Positions 56,400 to 64,000 of a stretch of DNA of 64,000 nt are shown here, piece by piece. The notes below the pieces were generated by a model, which saw only the letters and a program-made list of their open reading frames with translations, was not told the DNA's origin and searched no databases. Within the stretch, counting starts at the first letter, position 1. The number at the start of each line of letters is the position of its first letter. This DNA is from an uncultured Gammaproteobacteria bacterium (GTDB lineage Bacteria > Patescibacteriota > Microgenomatia > Daviesbacterales > UBA10151). The DNA is taken from contig CAZJNI010000005.1 in NCBI GenBank assembly GCA_964547465.1, positions 7,020 through 71,019 on the forward strand. Reading direction: 5' to 3'. Made by a program: the position numbers and the translations under genes.

Positions 56400-57416
56400 C
56401 TAAAAAAGGGTTTTTGCATACTCCAGATAATCTGGATATCCATGATCCTTCATAAAATACCACCACTCCAATCCCCAAAGATATTGGGTATCAATTCCCA
56501 CTTTTTGGGCATAATTTATATAACTTTGAAGTTTTGATAAAGGGAAAAACTGTACTTGAGCTTGTGGCTTACCCTTAAGTTCCGGGGTCCCTAACCAGGG
56601 TTCTGCCTGAAGCTCAATAATGATTGTTTTTTGATTACTTCTGGCAAATAACCTTCTGACAATTTGTGATTTTAGATTATAAAAATAGGGCAGGATGGGA
56701 TAGCGGGTATAACCCAGGATTGGGTTATAAACATCTCTATACAAAGTGGTGCCGAAAACATCAGACAGCTGCATTGGTAAAATCCAATTACCCAGCTCTC
56801 CTGAATCTGAAATAATAATTGTTTTATTAGATAAACTTCTTACCAGCTCCACCTCTTTTTTCAAAAAAGTTGAATCAGGATAATCACAATCCTGGCCAAA
56901 AAATGGCAGCAGCGGTTCGTTCTCTACCTGCCAGGAGGTAATTTCCGGACGGCTTCTATATCTTTCTACAGTAGTTTTAATAAACTGCAAAATCTGCTCC
57001 TGCCTGTCTTTTAAGCTTAAAGTTCTGGCCCACGGCGGTGTATGACATTCTGGCCAGCGGGGCTGTTTATTCCCAACAGTTAAAATTACCTCTACCCCAC
57101 TTTTAGATGCCTCATCCAGCATAAAATCACTTTCCGAAAAATCCAGCATCCCTTGTTTTTTCTCCACATTATCCCATTCTGTGGGTAATCTTAAGTTTTT
57201 AACTTTTAGATCATTTAAAACTGAAAGATAAGTTTTTTCCCAATCTAGCTTTAAAAACTTTGCATAAGAAGGTGAGAAGGTAACACCATATATTATTTTT
57301 GGGAAATTATAAACTTTATCAAAAACAGATTCTCCAACAAATGCCAAAATCACAATTATCAAAATTGCAGCAGAGATAAATAAAAAGGTTTTTAAAACAG
57401 TAGAGAAAAATGGCAC
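56400..57416 (-). CDS. Membrane-anchored clan GH-A glycoside hydrolase-like protein
   Basis: KQPRWPECH.P.W; WQVENEP; ELQAEPW. Confidence 0.7.
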   Translation of the reverse strand: MPFFSTVLKTFLFISAAILIIVILAFVGESVFDKVYNFPKIIYGVTFSPSYAKFLKLDWEKTYLSVLNDLKVKNLRLPTEWDNVEKKQGMLDFSESDFMLDEASKSGVEVILTVGNKQPRWPECHTPPWARTLSLKDRQEQILQFIKTTVERYRSRPEITSWQVENEPLLPFFGQDCDYPDSTFLKKEVELVRSLSNKTIIISDSGELGNWILPMQLSDVFGTTLYRDVYNPILGYTRYPILPYFYNLKSQIVRRLFARSNQKTIIIELQAEPWLGTPELKGKPQAQVQFFPLSKLQSYINYAQKVGIDTQYLWGLEWWYFMKDHGYPDYLEYAKTLF

Positions 57417-57481
57417 AAATTCAATTTATCACAAATTTTTGACTGGGGGTAGCAAATGATATAATATAGATATCCCATAAT

Positions 57482-58672
57482 ATGAGGATCGCTTACTTTA
57501 CAGACACATACTACCCACAACTAAACGGCGTTGCCGTATCTGTTGGATATTTTGTTAAAAATTTAAAAAAAAAAGGCTTGAGGGTTTTTTTATTTGCTCC
57601 CAGGATGAAAGGCTTTAGAAATGATCATGAAGATACCCATCATCTACCTTCTATGAGAGTCTCACCTACTCTACCAGACTCAATCAGATTCCCTATACCA
57701 ATTCCCCATAAAAATTTTTGGCAAATTATCAGACGTGATTTTGATTTAGTTCACGCCCATGGAAACGGAGTATTCTCATTTTTAGGTTTTATTACTGCCA
57801 GGAGTAAAAAAGTTCCCTTTATCATGACTTTCCATACTCAAATGAGTCAATTTGCCCACTATTTTTTAAAAGGCAAAGTTCTAACAGCCAGCCACATTAA
57901 TAATATCTTTTTCAAAAGATTTGGGAATTTATGTGACGGGATAGTGGCTCCTTCAGAAAAAATGAAGCAGGAGCTGATAAAGTCTGGCGTCAAAAAGCCC
58001 ATTATTGTGATTCCAAATTTTGTAGAGTTTGATAAGTTTAAAGTTAAAGATGTCCAGTTCTTACGCAAAAATTATAATATTCCCAAAACTTATCCTATCC
58101 TTTTAGCTGTAGGAAGGTTGGGTAAAGAGAAAAACTTTGAATTTTTGCTCCATATTTTTCAACGCATAACAGAGCTTGATAATAAACCATACCTTGTCAT
58201 TGTTGGTGAGGGGGTAGATTTTAAAAAATTAAAAAAACTTTCTGAAAAATTGGGTATTGAAAAAAGAGTCAGGCTGACTGGTGGCATTCCCAATGATAAA
58301 ATGCCCTATGTTTATAAAGATGCGGATATTTTTGTTTTCCCGTCAGTTGCTGAAGTTCACCCGATGGTGGCAATTGAGGCTGCTGCATCTGGTTTACCTT
58401 TAATTGTGGCCAAAGACCAGGCTTATAAAGGAGTAGTTGTCAATGGTAAAAACGGTTATGCCCTACCCCTGGATTGGGAAATATTTACCAAAAGAATTAT
58501 TTCTCTTCTTAAAGACACTGAAAAAATGAGTGAATTCTCCAAAAATTCTCCATTAATTGTTAAAGAAAACTTTAATTCAGAAAAATTAATTAGAAAACTT
58601 CTAAGATTCTACGAAAAAATTCTTAAAAATTATCATCCTTCTCAATCAGACACTTTTGCGAGCGCTCCATAA
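57482..58672 (+). CDS. GT4 glycosyltransferase
   Basis: FTDTYYPQLNGVA; VGRL.KEKN; E.HPMVAIEA. Confidence 0.9.
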   Translation: MRIAYFTDTYYPQLNGVAVSVGYFVKNLKKKGLRVFLFAPRMKGFRNDHEDTHHLPSMRVSPTLPDSIRFPIPIPHKNFWQIIRRDFDLVHAHGNGVFSFLGFITARSKKVPFIMTFHTQMSQFAHYFLKGKVLTASHINNIFFKRFGNLCDGIVAPSEKMKQELIKSGVKKPIIVIPNFVEFDKFKVKDVQFLRKNYNIPKTYPILLAVGRLGKEKNFEFLLHIFQRITELDNKPYLVIVGEGVDFKKLKKLSEKLGIEKRVRLTGGIPNDKMPYVYKDADIFVFPSVAEVHPMVAIEAAASGLPLIVAKDQAYKGVVVNGKNGYALPLDWEIFTKRIISLLKDTEKMSEFSKNSPLIVKENFNSEKLIRKLLRFYEKILKNYHPSQSDTFASAP

Positions 58673-59234
58673 GGATTACCCTTTCTGTATCATTTAAACT
58701 GGCAGAGGTTGAGGCTTCAAGGATAAATAAATTACAAACAGGCAATCTGGCATCACTTGGAACATCCGCTCTTCCGATTACTCTATTTAAAGCAGACCTG
58801 ATGGACATTTTGGCTCTTAAATTTGAAACTTGAGCATAAATTTTCTCCAGAGTTTTGAGATGAATAGGAAGATTCTGTTTAATACTGGTTGCAATTTCCT
58901 GATCTTTCAAATCCTTATCCGGCAACCTTGATATATAAAACCAATATCTCTCCAAAGTAGGCTCAATTAAATCCTGTCTGTTTGTGGATACTAGCGTTTT
59001 TGCCTCTCTCAATCTTCTGGTGGCAAACTCTAAATTTCTGATTAATTTAACTCTTGGTGTTAGGGCCAAGCGCCATTCCAGATCTTCCCTGACTGTTTTT
59101 AAAAAATAGATTGGGGAGGTTGGATCAATACGGGAAGTCCCGATATCATCATCGTATGCAAAAGTACTTCCACAAAATCCTAAAAAAATCAGAGCTGTCA
59201 GGAAAAAGATTAAAGGAATAATGGTAACGCGCAT
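58623..59234 (-). CDS. DUF5667-like secreted protein
   Basis: PTSPIYFLK..RE...A.RRL.EA. Confidence 0.65.
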   Translation of the reverse strand: MRVTIIPLIFFLTALIFLGFCGSTFAYDDDIGTSRIDPTSPIYFLKTVREDLEWRLALTPRVKLIRNLEFATRRLREAKTLVSTNRQDLIEPTLERYWFYISRLPDKDLKDQEIATSIKQNLPIHLKTLEKIYAQVSNLRAKMSIRSALNRVIGRADVPSDARLPVCNLFILEASTSASLNDTERVILMERSQKCLIEKDDNF

Positions 59235-59256
59235 ACAAAGATCTTACCACAAAAAG

Positions 59257-59661
59257 TCAGCTTTTTTTCTCGCCCACAATTTTTTCAAATTCTTTTGCTA
59301 GCTTTATATCAAAAGTTTTAAATTCTGTCACTCCCGCCATTTTTGAAAATGCAAGATTGTAACAGTCCTCCAAACCTATAACTGATTTTTCATAAAAAGC
59401 AAGACTTTCCTGTAATAGCTGTTTTTCCGGGAATATTATGCTTAAATTAAGTATTTTAGATAGGATTTCTACCAAAAATGATTTATCTTTTTTGTAGAAA
59501 GATTTTAATACAAAGTGTATTTCAAAAAATACCACCGAGGAAGTAATTAATTCAATTTCCCCTTTTGCAGCTCCAAGAAAAAGTTTTTTAGCTTCTAAAT
59601 ATTGAAGTTTATTCTCTCGTAAAATGAATCTTAAAAAATAATTAGTATCAACAAAAATCAT
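59257..59661 (-). CDS. PIN-domain (VapC-like) toxin
   Basis: FVDTN..LR; E; D; TFD..L; C-terminus matches the ftsH 3' end. Confidence 0.85.
   Translation of the reverse strand: MIFVDTNYFLRFILRENKLQYLEAKKLFLGAAKGEIELITSSVVFFEIHFVLKSFYKKDKSFLVEILSKILNLSIIFPEKQLLQESLAFYEKSVIGLEDCYNLAFSKMAGVTEFKTFDIKLAKEFEKIVGEKKS
59273..59292. repeat. 20-bp direct repeat of the ftsH 3' end (partner 60016-60035)
   Basis: cccacaattttttcaaattc at both sites. Confidence 0.9.
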
Positions 59662-59918
59662 TTGGAGCTATATTTACTTTTATAATATTCATCCCGCGCT
59701 TCATCAATAATTTGATCCAAATTTTTACCTTTCCATTTTTTGGGCATAGGTACAGAACCTGCCAACTCCTCAACTAGCCTTTCTGCTGAAGTAATTTTTA
59801 AGCTACCATTTTCCTCTGATACTATTACCCTCTGGCCTATCTGCAACCTAGCTTTTCTAAAAATTTCAGCCGGGATGGTTAACTGTTTTTTACTGGTAAT
59901 GGTGGCCATTTGATTCAT
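59658..59918 (-). CDS. AbrB/MazE-type antitoxin
   Basis: TITSKKQLTIP; three CAAGG repeats about 20 bp apart upstream (59920, 59940, 59959). Confidence 0.85.
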   Translation of the reverse strand: MNQMATITSKKQLTIPAEIFRKARLQIGQRVIVSEENGSLKITSAERLVEELAGSVPMPKKWKGKNLDQIIDEARDEYYKSKYSSK

Positions 59919-59996
59919 ACAAGGTAATTATATCATATGCAAGGAGAATTTTTATTTGCAAGGTAAATGCCCACAAAATCCGCTAAAGGTCTTCTT

Positions 59997-61841
59997 CTAG
60001 TTTCCTTTCTTCTTACCCACAATTTTTTCAAATTCATCAGATTCCAGGGTTTCTTTTTCCAGTAAGGCTTTGGCTACTTTATCAAGCTTAAGTTTGTGTT
60101 GTTTTAAAATAATGACTGCATTTTTAAAAGACGAATCCATAATTTTTTTTATTTCTTTATCAACCGCATTATGCAAATCAGGCGACATTTCCCCGCTATC
60201 ATCCATTCCCCTCCAGACTACAAACATCGACTTTGATTGCATAGTGATTGGACCCAAAGAGGACATGCCATATTCCATTACCATTTGTCTGGCAATTTGG
60301 GTTGCAACAGAAATGTCAGAAGCTGCACCTGTTGAGATATCTCTAAATTCCATCTCCTCCGCAGCCTGTCCACCTAAAGCAGCACTAATTTGTTCAAGTA
60401 AGCGAGATTTGGTTTCATTTGACCTATCTTCTGTGGGAGGAAAAAGTGTATGCCCACCAGACATGCCTCTTGAGACAATAGAAATTCGATGAACCGGGTC
60501 AACATTTTTCAAAAAATGTCCCACAATGGCATGACCTGCTTCATGATATGCTGCCAGTTTTCTGTCTCTTTCTGATTGCATTCTCTTCCTTTGTGGCCCT
60601 AATTTTTCCTTGGTGGCTGCTTCTTCCAAATCTTTTGCATCTATGGCTTTTTTGCCTTCCCTGGCTGCTAAAATTGCCGCCTCATTTAACATATTGGCCA
60701 AATCTGCACCTGAAAAACCAACTGTACGTCTTGCTAATTTTTCTGTTGAAACCTCTTTGGTAAAAGGCTTTCCTTTCATATGAAGTTCAATAATGGCTTT
60801 TCTCTCCACCAAATCAGGCAGGGATAAAACCACTCTTCTGTCAAACCTTCCGGGTCTTACCAAAGCTGAATCCAAAAGGTCTGGCCTATTAGTTGCAGCA
60901 ATCACAATCACATGATCAGTTTGAGTAAACCCATCCATCTCCACCAATATCTGATTTAGTGTTTGCTCCCGCTCATCATGCCCGCCAGAAAACCCCATGC
61001 CTCTTTGTCTGCCAATTGATTCCACCTCATCTATAAAAATGATTGCCGGGGCTGCTTTTTTGGCCTGGGCAAACATGTCGCGGACTCTGGCAGCACCAAC
61101 TCCCACCAGCATTTCCATAAATTCTGATCCGGCAATTGAGAAAAAAGGCACTCCTGCCTCCCCTGCCACAGCCCTGGCAAGTAAAGTTTTTCCAACTCCG
61201 GCCGGTCCCACCATTAAAACTCCTTTGGGGATTCTGGCACCCAAAGCTTTAAATTTATCCGGAGTTTTTAAAAACTCCACTACTTCAGTTAACTCTCTTT
61301 TTGCCTCCTCTGCCCCAGCTACATCGCTGAATTTAATTTGCGGAGCATCTTTGGTAAAAAGTTTAGCTTTAGATTGGGCAAAAGAAAATATTCCCTGACC
61401 TGCTTCCCTGGCATTTCTGAAAAGTAGAAACATCAGTCCTACTAAAAGTAGAATAGGCAAAATGGCAGATAAAAGCCCAATCCAGGCTTGCTGGATAGAT
61501 AAATCTTTTACTTCAACAGTGACAGTTTTGGGATCAACACCGCTAGATTGCAGGATTTTATAAATTGATTCTCCCGGCTCTTTTCTGGAAGTTAGTTTTT
61601 GATCAGAGTCCTTAACATCAGCAGTTACTTTATCCCCTTCTAAAGAAAGTTTCGTAACTTTGCCGTCTTTGACATCATTTATAATTTGAGATATTGGCAC
61701 ATCAGTGCCTGTTGTAGGAGAACCTGAAACCTGATAAAAAAAGATTAAAGCTGCAAAAGCAATTAAAAGATAAACTGCTAAGCCTTTGACTAAACCTAAA
61801 ATCTTTTTATTTAAATTAATTCTCCTTTTACCATTTGCCAT
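59997..61841 (-). CDS. ftsH: ATP-dependent zinc metalloprotease FtsH
   Basis: Two TMs; GPAGVGKT; FIDE; RPGRFDR; HEAGH. Confidence 0.96.
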   Translation of the reverse strand: MANGKRRINLNKKILGLVKGLAVYLLIAFAALIFFYQVSGSPTTGTDVPISQIINDVKDGKVTKLSLEGDKVTADVKDSDQKLTSRKEPGESIYKILQSSGVDPKTVTVEVKDLSIQQAWIGLLSAILPILLLVGLMFLLFRNAREAGQGIFSFAQSKAKLFTKDAPQIKFSDVAGAEEAKRELTEVVEFLKTPDKFKALGARIPKGVLMVGPAGVGKTLLARAVAGEAGVPFFSIAGSEFMEMLVGVGAARVRDMFAQAKKAAPAIIFIDEVESIGRQRGMGFSGGHDEREQTLNQILVEMDGFTQTDHVIVIAATNRPDLLDSALVRPGRFDRRVVLSLPDLVERKAIIELHMKGKPFTKEVSTEKLARRTVGFSGADLANMLNEAAILAAREGKKAIDAKDLEEAATKEKLGPQRKRMQSERDRKLAAYHEAGHAIVGHFLKNVDPVHRISIVSRGMSGGHTLFPPTEDRSNETKSRLLEQISAALGGQAAEEMEFRDISTGAASDISVATQIARQMVMEYGMSSLGPITMQSKSMFVVWRGMDDSGEMSPDLHNAVDKEIKKIMDSSFKNAVIILKQHKLKLDKVAKALLEKETLESDEFEKIVGKKKGN

Positions 61842-61877
61842 ATTAGGGGAAAGTTTAGCACAGTCAGCTTGGAATTG

Positions 61878-62201
61878 CTACCTCACCTTGGTGCCTGGAG
61901 AAACTTTTTTAGGGGTAGTTAAAAATACTGGGCCATCATCAGTATCTGCTGCCAACATCATCCCCTGAGATTCTATTCCCATCATAATGCGCGGTTTTAA
62001 ATTAGCCACTACTACTACTTGTTTACCCACAAAATCCTTGGGTTTATACCACTGTTTTACCCCAGCCAGGATTTGTCTTGGATTCTCTTCTCCTAAATCC
62101 ACCTTTAATTTTATCAGCTTTTCAGATCCTTTTACTTCTTCTGCTTCTAATACAGTTCCAACTCTAAATTCAACTTTGGCAAAATCATCAAAATTAATCA
62201 T
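61878..62201 (-). CDS. Stand-alone tRNA-binding OB domain (MetG C-terminal/Trbp111 type)
   Basis: DDF.KVEFRVG; RQILAG; NLKPR..MG.ESQGM.LA; start moved to MINFDD. Confidence 0.88.
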   Translation of the reverse strand: MINFDDFAKVEFRVGTVLEAEEVKGSEKLIKLKVDLGEENPRQILAGVKQWYKPKDFVGKQVVVVANLKPRIMMGIESQGMMLAADTDDGPVFLTTPKKVSPGTKVR

Positions 62202-62215
62202 GTTTAATAAGTTTT

Positions 62216-62263
62216 CCAAGTACCAAATTACAAGTATTCCAAAAAATAATCAATTACCAAATT
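62216..62263. repeat. Downstream 7-bp-periodic arm of the four-helix-bundle element
   Basis: ccaagtaccaaa (62216-62227) is the reverse complement of 62642-62653. Confidence 0.75.
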
Positions 62264-62617
62264 CTAAATAGACTTTTTAATCATTGTTGAAAACATCCTT
62301 ATAAATTCAGTTGATTCCCCAATTAACGGGTCTATAGTTCCTTTGAGGCCCTGGTTATTGTGTAATATAAGCTCTAACCAATACCTGGTTTCTTTTGCTT
62401 CTTTTCTACATATCCTAATTCTCATATAAAAGTCTTTCTTGCCTAGAGCTTCATTTGCTTCTCTATAGTTTGCACCAACAGATCCTGCAGATCTTACAAT
62501 TTGGCTGATCAATTCAAAATTTACAGAGTTTTTAGGAAGTATTTTCACTAAATCAATGATCCTTTTTGAGAAGTTTAATGTTCTATCTTCAAGATCAAAT
62601 TTGCGATCATTGGTCAT
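62264..62617 (-). CDS. Four-helix-bundle protein (23S rRNA IVP family)
   Basis: QIVRSAGSVGANYREA...F...I.RKEAKET.YWL. Confidence 0.9.
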   Translation of the reverse strand: MTNDRKFDLEDRTLNFSKRIIDLVKILPKNSVNFELISQIVRSAGSVGANYREANEALGKKDFYMRIRICRKEAKETRYWLELILHNNQGLKGTIDPLIGESTEFIRMFSTMIKKSI

Positions 62618-62673
62618 TTATGTTTATTATTTGGTTTTTACTTTGGTACTTGGTTTTTGGATACTTGGTACTT
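62618..62673. repeat. Upstream 7-bp-periodic arm of the four-helix-bundle element
   Basis: ttggtac ttggttt ttggatac ttggtac. Confidence 0.75.
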
Positions 62674-63679
62674 ATGGATTACTGAAGTAATCCATCTTCA
62701 TTGCCTTTTTAACCTCTTCTAATGTTTTCTGGGCTTCTGCACGGGCTTTTACAGTTCCTTCTTTTAAGATCTTTTCCACCAGTTCTGGCTGATTTTCAAA
62801 TTCAGCACGTTTTTTTCTGATAGGTTCCAGGAAATTATTTAAAACTTTTACCAGATACTTTTTTACCTCAATATCACCTACTTGGCCTTTTGTATAAGAT
62901 AACTTATAACTTATAACTTGTGACTTGTCAGCATCAGAGCCAAATGCATCTAAATAAATAAACACAGGATTTCCTTCAACTGTTCCAGGATCAGTTGCAT
63001 GTATTCTATTAGGATCTGTATACATACTCATGACCTTTTTTTCTACTTCTTCCGGAGAATCTGAAAGATTTATCACATTCCCAGCTGATTTACTCATTTT
63101 GGCTTTACCATCTGTACCTGGTAAAGTACCTAGATCTTGGGGAACCAGAGCTTCTGGAACAGGTAAAGTTTTACCATATATTTTGTTAAATTCCCTGGCT
63201 ATTTCTCTGGTTACTTCAATATGGGAAACCTGATCTTTACCAACTGGCACAAGATGTGCCCTGGGCATTAAAATATCTGCAGCCTGAAGTACTGGATAAC
63301 CTAATAAACCATAAGATGGAGTTTGAATTTGGGCATCTCTCATCACATCTTTTAAAGTAGGAACGCGTTCCAGTCTGGGAGTAGTCACCAGATTTGCAAA
63401 AATTACAGCTAATTCCCCTACTTCTGGAATTTGGGATTGAACATAAATAGTAGATTTTTCCGGATCAATTCCCACAGATAAATAATCCAATACCATCTGA
63501 TAGATATTTTCTTTAAGATCTGCTGTTTTTTCCGGTCTGGTGGTTAAAGTGTGCAAATCAGCAATAATAAAAAAGCACTCGTACTCATCCTGCAGCCTCA
63601 CGCGGTTGCGCAGGCTACCTATATAGTGCCCTAAATGCAACTTCCCTGTTGGCCTATCCCCTGTTAGTATGCGTTTCAT
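62672..63679 (-). CDS. trpS: Tryptophanyl-tRNA synthetase
   Basis: TGDRPTGKLHLGH; YPVLQAADI; KMSKS; TATAAT-6-ATG. Confidence 0.96.
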   Translation of the reverse strand: MKRILTGDRPTGKLHLGHYIGSLRNRVRLQDEYECFFIIADLHTLTTRPEKTADLKENIYQMVLDYLSVGIDPEKSTIYVQSQIPEVGELAVIFANLVTTPRLERVPTLKDVMRDAQIQTPSYGLLGYPVLQAADILMPRAHLVPVGKDQVSHIEVTREIAREFNKIYGKTLPVPEALVPQDLGTLPGTDGKAKMSKSAGNVINLSDSPEEVEKKVMSMYTDPNRIHATDPGTVEGNPVFIYLDAFGSDADKSQVISYKLSYTKGQVGDIEVKKYLVKVLNNFLEPIRKKRAEFENQPELVEKILKEGTVKARAEAQKTLEEVKKAMKMDYFSNP

Positions 63680-63704
63680 GCTTTTATTATACCTCCCTTT
63701 CATT

Positions 63705-63730
63705 AAAAAAGCCCTTGTTTAAACAAGGGC
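63705..63730 (-). terminator. Intrinsic terminator upstream of trpS
   Basis: gcccttgtttaaacaagggc followed by T6 on the minus strand. Confidence 0.7.
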
Positions 63731-63827
63731 CAATCTTATTGCTCTGCTCCCCGGTTTCCAACCTTCCGGATCAAAGCGTTTATGCATTAATTATATCATT
63801 TTATTAAAAGAAAATCAAAACTAATCT

Positions 63828-64000
63828 TTATCTGACTTTTAATAAAGAATCAACTGGAATATAGGGCTTTCTGGGTAGTGGAAGAGGCTGTCTGACAACA
63901 ATTAGCTGACCTGCTCTTATCGCTTCAGCAGGAAATTCTACCAACCCATATTTTCCAGTTAATAATCGAACTAAATCCATATCTTCTGGATTTAAACCCA
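63828..64000 (-). CDS. 3' end of a hypothetical protein running out of the window
   Basis: Open frame GLNPEDMDLV...SLLKVR*. Confidence 0.45.
   Translation of the reverse strand, partial: GLNPEDMDLVRLLTGKYGLVEFPAEAIRAGQLIVVRQPLPLPRKPYIPVDSLLKVR

Noticed and set aside
62264-62617. Diversity-generating retroelement implied by an Avd-like protein
   Set aside because: No reverse transcriptase and no TR/VR pair with adenine-specific mismatches was seen.
63731-63780. SRP RNA or T-box assignment
   Set aside because: CCGGAAGG and AGCAG are present but not in the SRP helix-8 arrangement, and the T-box bulge consensus is absent.

Overview
AT-rich (visibly low-GC) bacterial DNA. Gene content points to a Patescibacteria/CPR genome, probably Microgenomates (inference): archaeal-style mevalonate cluster, ATP-dependent ligase, PaaX/Cas2-like protein, pilin-like PT-linker proteins and pervasive leaderless starts. 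The window holds a surface-protein/pilin region (1-9.7 kb), uppS plus a mevalonate/isoprenoid cluster (9.8-19.3 kb), mixed housekeeping genes (pth, lig, carAB, pyrBC, recF, mutM, fba, glpX, polA, ftsH, trpS) and three toxin-antitoxin pairs. I found no rRNA, tRNA, CRISPR array, integrase or transposase. Unexplained structure: (1) integrase-free cassette stacks in which each small cargo is followed by a displaced, often synonymously diverged copy of the 3' end of the upstream gene (uppS x4, a glycosyltransferase x3, ftsH x1, the first surface gene x1); (2) a ~175-nt element present twice with compensatory changes in six stems; (3) GTCA-ended palindromic doublets inserted in frame in lig, recF, mutM, polA and other genes; (4) many in-frame 7-bp and 9-bp tandem arrays, with inverted 7-bp arrays flanking a four-helix-bundle gene; (5) a circularly permuted DsbA and a pyrBI-type attenuator. 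All calls come from reading the sequence and motifs by eye; no database search was run.
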